NCBI RefSeq assembly: GCF_036321535.1
Contig: NC_087437.1
Span: 16,618,001 to 16,682,000, forward strand
Direction of reading: 5' to 3'
Length of the DNA: 64,000 nt
Source of the DNA: Camelus dromedarius
Lineage: Eukaryota
The notes below the pieces were generated by a model. That model did no database searches. It was not told the origin of the DNA and was given only the letters and a program-made list of their open reading frames with translations. Position 1 is the first letter of the stretch; every line of letters starts with the position of its first letter. This document shows positions 1-9,040 of the stretch, in pieces. The translations under genes were made by a program, and so were the position numbers.

Positions 1-1350
1 TTGTCAACAATGCTGCTGTGATCATTGTTCTACATGCATCGTGTTGTACATATGCAGGAGTTTGCCTTAGGTATATACCTATGGGCTGAGTTGCTGGGCT
101 ATCAGAAATGTGAATATTCAGCTTTAGAGACAATGTTAAACTCTTTTCTAAGCTGATCACATGTTCAGCTTTAGGAGATAAGGTCAAACCCTTTTCCAAA
201 GTCATTGTATTCCTACTCAGTGTTGTCAGGCTTTGTGATTTTTACCTAATTAAATAGATGTAAAATAGTATCTCGTGGTGGTTGTGATTTGCATTTCCCT
301 GATCACGAATGATGCTGACCATCTCTCTACACGTTTATTGGTCATGTGCGATTTTTCTGTTTGTGCATTTATCCCACTTTTGTACGTGTGTGCTTTTGTT
401 ATTGATTTATAGGTGTTCTTTACATATTTTGATGATAATACTTTGTACTTCTGCATATTACAAATATTTTACCAAAGTTTATAACTTGTCTTTCACTTTC
501 TTTAAGGTACCTTTAAATCTTTAATCCATTTGGAGTTGACGTAGTGTGAGGCAAGGATGCAATTTTATCTTTTTCCATATGGATAATGGATAACTATCTT
601 TTCCCAGCTCCATTTATTGATCACTCTTTCTTTCTTCCTATTCTGCTATGTCACCTCTGTCGCAGGAAACCCAAGTTTCATCTATGAATCTCAAATCTAT
701 TCCTCTGGCCTCTTTGTCTATTTCTGTATCAATTTACCCTGTCCTTCCTCCCTGCGCTTTCTTTCCAGACATATCCTGACTACTCCTGGCCCTCTACCCC
801 TTCATGTGAATTTTGAAATAACCTTATCAAGTACCATGAAAAAAAGCCTAGGATTTTGATTGGAAATATACTGAATCTATAGATAACAATTGAAATCTTT
901 ATGATATTGTCTTATCCAAAATACATGTTCCTTCCTTATTCAGGTCTTCTTTAATGGCTTTTAATAAGGTTTTGTAATTTTCCCTGCAGAGGTCTTTCAC
1001 ATCTTATCTTAGATTATTCCTGGATATTTGATATTCTGTAATAATTTTGTAGATGTTTTCTGTTTAATTTTGTCTTATAGTTTTTACTGATACAGAGAAA
1101 TATAACTGATTTTTATATTAATCTTATACCCAGCCACCTTACTAAACACTCCTATTATTTCTAATAATTAGTCTTTGGAGTAATTTGGGGTTTCTAGGTA
1201 AATTATTATATGATCTGCAGATAAAGACTATTTTAATTCCTCCTTTCCAATCCCTATGCCTCTAATGTCCTTTTCTTACCTTATTGAACCATCCAGGACC
1301 ACCAACATAGTGTTAAAAAGAAGTAGTAATAGGAAGTGTGCTTTTCTCTT
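1..1350 (-). mobile_element. Old degraded LINE-1 (L1M-type) ORF2 3' half, antisense
   Basis: Antisense L1 motifs (gatttgcatttccctgatcac, tttaatccatttggagttg, gattttgattggaaat, ttaattcctcctttccaatc). ORF 250..456 gives the L1 ORF2-like peptide 'VIREMQITTTTRYYF'. Confidence 0.8.
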
Positions 1351-1369
1351 TTCTTTTCATTCTACACTC

Positions 1370-2260
1370 ATCCTGGGTGACCTCTTCTAGTTCCACAGCG
1401 TCAATCACTACCTAGATCTCTGTCCTGACTCACGTATCCACCTGTGAATGTTGGTCCCCTCACTATGAATGTTCTACAAACTCAACACGTCCAGAACTCA
1501 TCATCTAGTCTCATCTCTCAACTCATGCCTGTTCCTCCTTTATTTTCTGACTTTATGGATGGCACCACCATCCACGTAGCCCAAACCAAATAAATGTAGA
1601 GTTGTCTCTCCAACCGCACACCCTCTCTGCCAATCAATCCTATTGACTCTAGTTCACTGATATCACTCTAACTCAACCCTTCTTTCCACCCACTCTACCA
1701 ACCCCCATCATCTCTCAACTGTCTTACCGCCATAAGTTCCTAAACCATCACCTGATTCCGGTCTTGCCTTCTGCCAAACCCTCTTCCACGCCGTAACCAG
1801 AACAATCTGCCTAAATTTTAAACATTCTCACACAGCACCTGTAATAAAATCCCTTAGTGGTTCCCAATGACTTACAGAAAAAGCCTAAACCCTTTCATGG
1901 GCCAGTGTCTAAAAGCCAGGCCCTCTTTGGTCCGGCCTCCATGACACCTCAGCCTCACCTCTCTTTCTACCTGTCCTAACGCTCTGTACTCTCAGTTCTG
2001 CAAACACCTAGCTCTCTCTTCTCTTCACGGGTTTTGTACCCGCTGTTTCTCTTCCCCACTTCCTTCCATCTTTTTCTGAATAAGCCCCACTTATTCTTTA
2101 GGCCTCAGCTGAGATATCACCTCCTCCGGGAAGCCTTAGCAGCACTGCAATTGCCCTTGCCTGTTTTCCCCACTCCTTGAGAGCAGGAAAAAGTCTTATT
2201 CGTGTTTATAGCCCCAGAACCCAGTGTAGTGACTTACATAAGGTTCAATGAATGCTCTGG
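1370..2260 (+). mobile_element. LINE-2 3' region
   Basis: L2 motifs aaactcaacacgtccagaactc, ggcaccaccatccac and cacctcctccgggaagcctt; ends in an L2 3'-tail-like cccagtgtagtgacttacataaggttcaatgaatg. Confidence 0.75.
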
Positions 2261-2424
2261 AAATGTACAGTGAAATCAGTTCTGTTCCCTTAAACCAAAT
2301 TTCTGATCTCCATTTGCAAGAACCCTGTCTTTCAAAACTCCTACGATTGCCTTCCTAATCTCCGCCCACCCTCTCTGAGGTGCCTCACCACTTTGTTTAC
2401 ATCTTTCCCTGGCGCATGTCCCAC

Positions 2425-2550
2425 CGGACTTGGGCTTTTGTCTGATCCTCTCCGCCAGCTGCTTAAAGGCCGAGGTTGTGCCTCATCCATCTTGGTGTTC
2501 CTGCCTCCTGTAGCCCCGAGCCTAGCACACAACTGATGCCAAATAGATAC
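2425..2550 (+). mobile_element. LINE-2 3' end fragment
   Basis: gctgcttaaaggccgaggttgtgcctcatccatcttggtgttcc...cctagcacac resembles the L2 3' terminus. Confidence 0.5.
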
Positions 2551-3527
2551 CTAAAGTGATAAAACTGAATTCCCTCCTGGAGCCACAAAACAAGCCGAGA
2601 ACGTGCTTTGGATTCTTCCGTGAGCTGTGTTAGCGTTCAAAGCACAGGGACTTCTGCCAGCATCCCCACCTGCACAGCCTTCCGCCTCCACCTCCCCAAA
2701 TGTTTCTTCGCTTTAGTAAGGGAGGTCTCTGAAACAATGTTATTCACTTCACAGGCAATGCCTCTTCATCTTTCTATTCTGTTCTGCAAGGTGTACTGGG
2801 GATATTTTCTTGGCTTTGTTTGGGGGCGGTTTTTAAGGAAGACGCCTTGGGGTGGCATTTTGTCCAGGTTTTCCTTCCTAGAGATATGATTCCTCTCCTC
2901 CGTAGCTGTTTATGAGTGCCATACTCTGCCATTTAAATATTAATGTTATGGAAACAGAGGGGAAAAAATCGGTCTCTCATCTGATATGTGATGTTGAGGG
3001 AAATTAAGATTAATAAATGGTGACAAGCTCTACAGCAGGAATAAAAGTTAAATTGCCTTGGACTATTTTCAGAAGTTGTTTGAGTAATGAGTATTCTATT
3101 GAATGCCCCATAACTATGATCGTTCTAAAAGCCTGATTTCTGGCTGTAGATCTAAAATGATACCTTAAACCTTAGCATTTCCCTCAGAATACTTGAATTC
3201 TGCAAGTCCATACGTTGGGGGAAATCCTTTAAGGGGCAAAACTGAGAAACGAAAGTTGGTCTTTCTTTATCAACTCTCAAGCAATCACTGTCCTGGGGAA
3301 AGACAAATTTTAGGTCTAAAAATTTAAGTAATAAATATGTCTGCCAGGTAAAACTGTCTAGATAATTAATTAGAATGTTTCACATCTTCAGCGAGATAAA
3401 TCACGTCATAGACACATCGATACACTGGCTCGACCCAGTTAACTGCAGAAGGAGGGGCCCTCCAGCTCCCGTCCTAAGCCTCCACTGTGCTTAACCTGCC
3501 AGGGCTATTGGTGAACACATAAGGAAG

Positions 3528-3732
3528 GCAGTGATTCGCCAAGTGTGGTCCCTGGACCAGAAGCATCAGCAGCATCTGGGAACTGGAGATACAGAGATGC
3601 AGGCTGGAGAGGCAGATTTTCAGGCTGCAGCCCAGACCTGCTAAATCAAACACTCTGAGAGTGGGGCTCAGTAGCCTCTGTTTAACAAGCTCTCCAGGAG
3701 ATTTTGATGCGTCTTCAAGTTTGAGAGCCATG
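3528..3732. mobile_element. MER5A-like hAT-Charlie non-autonomous DNA transposon
   Basis: aagtgtggtccctggaccag-agcatcagcagcatctgggaact...ccagacctgctaaatca...tttaacaagctctccaggagattttgatgc...aagtttgagagcca. Confidence 0.8.
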
Positions 3733-3739
3733 TTTTCTT

Positions 3740-3900
3740 ACCCCTAGCTGCACATCAGTATCACTGGGGGATACTTTTCTTAAAACAAACAAACAATCAA
3801 ACAAACTGATGCCAGGGTTCTATGCCCCAGAGAGTCGGATTTAACAGGTTTGGGGTGAAGTCAGGGCACTGGTATGTTTCAAAATCTCCTCAGATGATCC
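3740..3900. mobile_element. MER5-family (MER5B-like) fragment
   Basis: tagctgcacatcagtatcactgggg...ccccagagagtcggatttaacaggtttggggtg...ctggtatgtttcaaaatctcctcagatgat. Confidence 0.6.
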
Positions 3901-4054
3901 GAAACTGCAGAATCTGATTTCAGGCTGAGCTCTCACCCTAGTGACGGCAACAACCTCCAAAATGGGCTTTGGCTTCCAGTCTCTCCCTCCGATTTGTTCC
4001 CTCCCCCTCCGTCCACACGCACACCCCCATCCCAGGATTTAGCTCTAATCCCAT

Positions 4055-4213
4055 ACTTTTAAGACTTCAATATGTATCAGAATCACCCAGTGGGATTGTG
4101 AAAAACAGTTTGCTGGGCCCCGACTCCACAGTCTCCGATTTAGTAGGTCTGAGGTCGGGCCCCAGAATTTGCCTTTCTAACAAGCTTCCCAGGCAACGCT
4201 GAAGCTGCTGGTC
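4055..4213. mobile_element. MER5A-like element, opposite orientation to 3528-3732
   Basis: tatcagaatcacccagtgggattgtgaaaaacag-ttgctgggcccc...gatttagtaggtctg...cagaatttgcctttctaacaagcttcccagg. Confidence 0.8.
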
Positions 4214-4331
4214 AGTCTTCTAACCTGTGAGTTCTCCAGTCACTCGGGCCTTGGTGAGAAGAGAAAAGTTATGACCGTAATGAACTGACACTGCAGGTCC
4301 CCCAACCTGTTGCATGGAGTCTTCTGACTAG

Positions 4332-4545
4332 AAGGCAGTGCAGGGTGACCGTCAAGGGTGCAGCCTCAGGGTCCAGGCGGCAGCGTTTAATCCCATAAAT
4401 TCTCTCTGCCTCAATACCCTGTTCATACAAAGGGAGATAGCATAGGCCGTAGCTGAAGGGGTTGCTGTGAGGATGACATGCACTGGCACGTGCAGCATAA
4501 GAGGCGCCCAGCACGTATTAGGTGCTCAAAAATATTTATCATTAG
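4332..4545 (+). mobile_element. MIR SINE
   Basis: ggcagtgcagggtg... start, core tctctgcctcaataccc..., ggttgctgtgaggat, end cccagcacgtattaggtgctcaaaaatatt. Confidence 0.65.
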
Positions 4546-4707
4546 TGACAAACTTATAAAGTTGTAATTAGTTGTAACTGCTAAGTAGTCATAATTACAG
4601 ACAAAAAACAGCTCTTTTTAATTATTGTACAGCCCTTCCCTCCCTAGAGTTTAGACACTAATGCCTGGGGTTCTATGCAGACAGATGAATAAAAAGAACC
4701 CTGACTT

Positions 4708-4825
4708 GGGGGGAGGGTATAGCTCAGTGGTAGAGTGTGTGCTTAGTATGCACAAGGTCCTGGGTTCAATCCCCACTACTTCCATTAACCTAAATAAATA
4801 ATTTAATGATTTAATTAATTTCAAA
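4708..4825 (+). mobile_element. tRNA-Ala-derived SINE (camelid Vic-1-like), short form
   Basis: ggggagggtatagctcagtggtagag (A box) ... gggttcaatccc (B box), then an A-rich tail. Confidence 0.85.
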
Positions 4826-5029
4826 AAACACATACTTCACCATCCACACTCAGAATCATTTGTCCCCTGCCTCCTCTCAAAAATGAAGGGGCCATTAATT
4901 GGCTGTGAAGTGTGGAATAAAGGGGTCTCCCCAGAGAGACCCCCCACCCACCAGCCCTGCCAAAATGTAGCAGCATCTCTCAGAAGCAGGTGAACACAGC
5001 CCCTAAGCAAGGTGAAGAACCCTTGCTAC

Positions 5030-5570
5030 CGTTCTGAAATCATATATGATCACATCACACTCTGTTTAAAATTATTCCATGATTTTCAACTGCCTTAAAA
5101 CTAAAAGTCAAATTGTTTATCATTACTTAATGAGTCCTGGCCCCTTTCCAGCTTCTTGGCCCATAATGAACCACTGAGACTTTTCCAAAAACACCCTGCC
5201 CTATGAAGTCACCGTGCCCTTGCCCCTGCTGTTTCCTCTGCCTGGGCGCCCTTCCCCCTCCCAGCACTCCTTGCATAGAAACTTGCTAATTTATATTTAT
5301 TTTTCAGCTTCCTTCAAAGTCACCTCTGCCTTAAAACCCCCCTGCACACTGCCTCCGCTTCCCCCAAGGCAGAGCCCTTCTCTGTGTCACTTCCACACCC
5401 GACACAATCCATGACTATGCTGAGGAGTGCCTGAGCTGCCACTGTCTGCTCACCGCCCCTCTCCACTGCTGTGAGCCAAGCCAAAGTAGCAACCGTGTCC
5501 CGGTCATCCTTGACCTGCAGACCAAGCACCGCCCTAGCCCATATTAGGGACTTCATTATTGAGTGAAGCA
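5030..5570 (+). mobile_element. LINE-2 3' region
   Basis: tgatcacatcacactctgtttaaaa...ccctgctgtttcctctgcctgg...aagtcacctct...accaagcaccgccctagccc. Confidence 0.7.
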
Positions 5571-5970
5571 GTGAAGGTTGGAGGGGAAAAGAAATGTTCA
5601 GTGGATTCTATGTTAACTGAACAATTCCTGGAGAATCAAAGGAAACCAGGAGAGAAGAGATCAGAAGCAGGGTGCAGAAAGAGAAGGAGTGACAGCCACC
5701 TCGGCTGATCCCCAGAACAGCAGGTACATGGGACCTGGAGCTGGTAACTTTTCATCAATAAGGAACGTCTAGCTCCCTGGATTAGTTAGGACAGTCGTTC
5801 TCAAACATTTATGGACTTTGTTATTGACAGCCCCAAAGTGCTTTCATATGTGTGGGTTACGTCTCTCCATATTTACCATTAGAAATTAAAATGGAAAAAA
5901 AAAATTAACATTCCTTCATGCATTTGTTTTTTTTTTTTTAACAAAACTGCTATTTTAAAAACAAATTGCT

Positions 5971-6065
5971 GGAGAGAGGGTATAATTCAGTGGTAGAGCA
6001 TGTGCTTAGCATACACAAGGTCCTGGGTTCAACCCTCAGTACCTCTGTTAAAAAATCTTTTTTTT
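5971..6065 (+). mobile_element. tRNA-Ala-derived SINE (Vic-1-like)
   Basis: ggagagagggtataattcagtggtagagcatgtgcttagcatacacaaggtcctgggttcaaccctcagtacctc. Confidence 0.85.
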
Positions 6066-6069
6066 AATT

Positions 6070-6255
6070 CAAACAGATTTCTTCTGTATAGCACAGGGAC
6101 CTATATTTAGTATCTTGTAATAACCTTTAACAAAAAAGAATATGAAAACAAATACATGTATGTATATGCATGAGCCATTGTGCTGTACACCAGAAATTGA
6201 CACATTGTAACTGACTGTGTGTCACTTAAAAATAAATAAATAAATAACATTTTTA
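6070..6255 (+). mobile_element. Young LINE-1 3' UTR end with A-rich tail
   Basis: ctgtatagcacagggacctatatttagtatcttgtaataacc...tgtgctgtacaccagaaattgacacattgtaactgact followed by (aaat)n. The same 3' end occurs at 14230-14380 and 50980-51134. Confidence 0.85.
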
Positions 6256-6659
6256 AAAAACTAGAAGTAACAAAAAAGAATTTTTAAACAAATCGCCATT
6301 TTAAAATAGCAATAATAAAGATATAAACATAATTTTTATTTAAAAAACTGTATTTTCAAAAAAATTTGATTGAGAAGGGTGACATTGTTTTTCACATTTT
6401 CGAAGCTCTTTAATATCTGGCTTAACAGAAGACAGCTGTATTCGTGTATTGGCTTCTGCATTCAACCTGTTGTGATATCACTCATCATGTTAGCCTTTGG
6501 AAAACTCAGGAATCTACTCATGAGAAAATGAGAATAAAAAAGGCAAATAAAGAGTCAGTACTGTTATGAGCCTCATGAAAGAGTCTCCCCGCCCCTACAC
6601 ACACACCCCCAGGGATTCCGGAACCACACTTTGAGAGATTGCGGTTGCGGAGATTAAAA

Positions 6660-7025
6660 TAATAGTGACTTGAATAAGATAAAAAGATTTCTCTCTTGCC
6701 TTACTTTCCAGATGTAAGCAGTCCCCGTCAGTCATGATGCTCTTTCTGGTCATTCTGCCATCCCTGGTACGCATCGTCCAAAATGGTACCACCTTTACAC
6801 CGCAGCCAGTGGAAAGTGAAAGGCATGCCCTGGTCTTTTAGGTGCATGTCCAGAAGTTGTATATTCACTTCCCCTTGAACTCCATTGGCCCAACCTTAGC
6901 CAAAAGCCTATTAATTACTGAGCTGCAAAGGAGACTGGGAAATACCTCCAATCTAATTGACAGTATGTTCTATCACCATAGAAGGTGAGAACAGATATAG
7001 GAATAAGTCTCAGTCTCTGTTACAT
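6660..7025 (-). mobile_element. Old MaLR LTR (MLT1-like) fragment
   Basis: cagaagttgtatattcacttcc...tccattggcc...agctgcaaaggagactgggaaat resembles antisense MLT1. Confidence 0.55.
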
Positions 7026-7344
7026 TGACCTTTCCTCCTAGGCCAGGCTGGGCGCAGGGACAGAGAGGAGCTTGGGGAATCCTTTATCACCGCTCAGAAG
7101 GACAGGAACGCTGGTCCTGGCATAGAGCAGGACCCACACAGTAAGCCATCTTTGCCCATACATCTGCGTCGGGAAAACAATGCTAACAAAAAACAAAAAG
7201 TTCTCAAAGCAAGTAAGCCCTCAGGACATAAGCAGCTCACATACACAGCAGCAGACGGGAGCTGGAGACCAGTCACAATGGAAACGCACTGGTTAAGGAG
7301 GAAACTCCCAAGCATCAGCCATAAAAGAGGTTTAGGTTAGGATA

Positions 7345-7593
7345 AAGGCCCAAGTCACCAACACAGCTCACAAGGTCCTGCAGGATCCCAACCCTCCCCC
7401 CAAAACCCTGTCTCCAGCCCTATCTTATTCCAGTCTCTGCATCGTCCTCCACATTTCAGTCATGGTTGACTCTTCAGTTTGAAGAGGGTACCTTAGTCTT
7501 TCTTGTCTTAGGGTCTTTGCACGTGCTGTTCCATCTCTTGGAACACTCTTTTCCTGGCCACTGTCTGGCCCGCACATGCTCATTCTTCAGGTC
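7345..7593 (+). mobile_element. LINE-2 fragment, left of LTR insertion
   Basis: tcttagggtctttgcacgtgctgttccatctcttggaacactctt...ctcattcttcaggtc. Confidence 0.7.
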
Positions 7594-8137
7594 TGTGGAA
7601 CCAACAGAGATCAATCAAGTGAGAACAGGCAAAGGCTGTGTATCCGGAGCTTGCTACAGCAAGGGAGTCAGCCACTACCGCTTGGGTTTTGGCTGAGTCT
7701 CAGAGGCTGGCAGAGGAGTAGGAAGGTTTTATAAGGCAGAAAGGACAGGTTTCAGGCGTGCCCTGGTTGGAGGCTGCTGGCATGGGAAAGCAGTACGTAT
7801 AGCAGTAGCCCATTCTACGTGATTGGTTAGGGGTGCATATTTGGCTTTCTCTGGTTGATTCTAAGTAAGGACAAAAATTAAGGATGCCATCAGTTATTAA
7901 TACAGTCCTGGCTGTTTCGGGCCAGTTGTTACAGGGGTTATTGTTTGGCTTCCTGGGCTGGTTGCTGGAGAAAGTGGTCTGACTTCCTACAAGTCTGACT
8001 TACAGACAGCAGGCTGGCCGCCCAAGCTGGTTACTGTAGATAATAGGTTGGTGTCCCGGGCTGGTTGCTGCAGATTATGGGTCAGATTTCTATTTCACAT
8101 ATGGTCTAACTACTGTCTATTTGTATATTCAGTCTCT
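7594..8137 (-). mobile_element. Solo ERV1-class LTR with 4-bp TSD (GGTC)
   Basis: A 544-bp block starting TG interrupts the L2 phrase ttcaggtc|tcagctc. GGTC is repeated at 7590-7593 and 8138-8141. The minus strand has ccaatc boxes (from gattgg) and repeated cagcaaccagccc-like units. Confidence 0.75.
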
Positions 8138-8325
8138 GGTCTCAGCTCACAGCATTTCCTCCTGGAAGCCTTCCCCAACCCCCAGACCAGGGTAGGTCCC
8201 CCTGTAATACGTTCCTGCAGCTTCCTGAACTTCTCTTTCCTGATACTCAGCAAATTTGTAATTAGTCCTTGCCCAATAGGTTATAATCTCCATGAGGACA
8301 AGGACTTGTCATTTATTATGTATAA
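8138..8325 (+). mobile_element. LINE-2 fragment, continuation right of LTR
   Basis: ggtctcagctcac...ttcctcctggaagccttcccc...ctccatgaggacaaggacttgtc. Confidence 0.7.
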
Positions 8326-8344
8326 AATACCATTGAAAAGATAC

Positions 8345-8915
8345 TAATTAATTATTAATTAAATTTTTATTTAACACTTAAAGCATTTCCAAAATCACTT
8401 TGCTGCCCAGGTATAAATCTCTAGTTGGCCTGCAAGGCAATTTTATTGATTTTTCATTTTTTGCAAAACTTATGTTTACAAGAAGAAAGCAAACCAAACT
8501 TCTTTTTGTATTGTATGGAAATAGTTCACTCAAGTGTGTATCTGTTAATTTATTTGTCATCAAAATATCACCTTGCCCAAAAGAAAGGACTGACAAGTGT
8601 GCAAAATGTTTACAATCCTTTGTGCAACTATAGTTTATCATTAGTTTTTATCTCTTAGTTATTGTTATAAGTAGCACCTGTATTTTTTGTTACATACAAC
8701 TTTATACGTTGAAGCCTGTATCTGAATTTGCCTCTGAAATTTATTTTGCCAATGTTTTCTGAATGAACCGAATAAAGCTTCTGTTGTAACATGTCATGCA
8801 AACACATTATTGTGTTTGTGGTTGATGAACTATGGCTGTAAATAACACTATAGTTTAATAAGCCCATCATTCTAAGTTTATCAAATATTTTCCATTCTTG
8901 TGAAAAAATATTGTT
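8345..8915. mobile_element. Possible ancient DNA-transposon (hAT-like) internal fragment
   Basis: AT-rich block between two consecutive pieces of the L2 3' end. The minus-strand peptide '...RDLYLGSKVILEM' is weakly transposase-like. Family not determined. Confidence 0.3.
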
Positions 8916-8924
8916 TTATTATCC

Positions 8925-9040
8925 ATTCTCTATGCTCAGCACCAGGCAAAGGGATTAGCATATAGTAGGGGCTCAATAAAAAATTATTACATGGATGCAT
9001 GGATGCATGGATGCAAGATATGCAAATGGCTGAATGGATG
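8925..9040 (+). mobile_element. LINE-2 3' terminus
   Basis: ctcagcaccaggc...tagcatatagtaggggctcaataaa, then a (atggatgc)n tail. Confidence 0.7.

Larger units (their letters stand above)
5792..6643. mobile_element. hAT-Charlie-type DNA transposon, interrupted by a SINE and an L1 end
   Basis: Left terminus cagtcgttctcaaac and right terminus accacactttgaga are Charlie-like ends. Internal ccccaaagtgctttcatatgtgtgggtta...catatttaccattagaaattaaaa and tctttaatatctggcttaacagaagacagctg. Confidence 0.65.
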
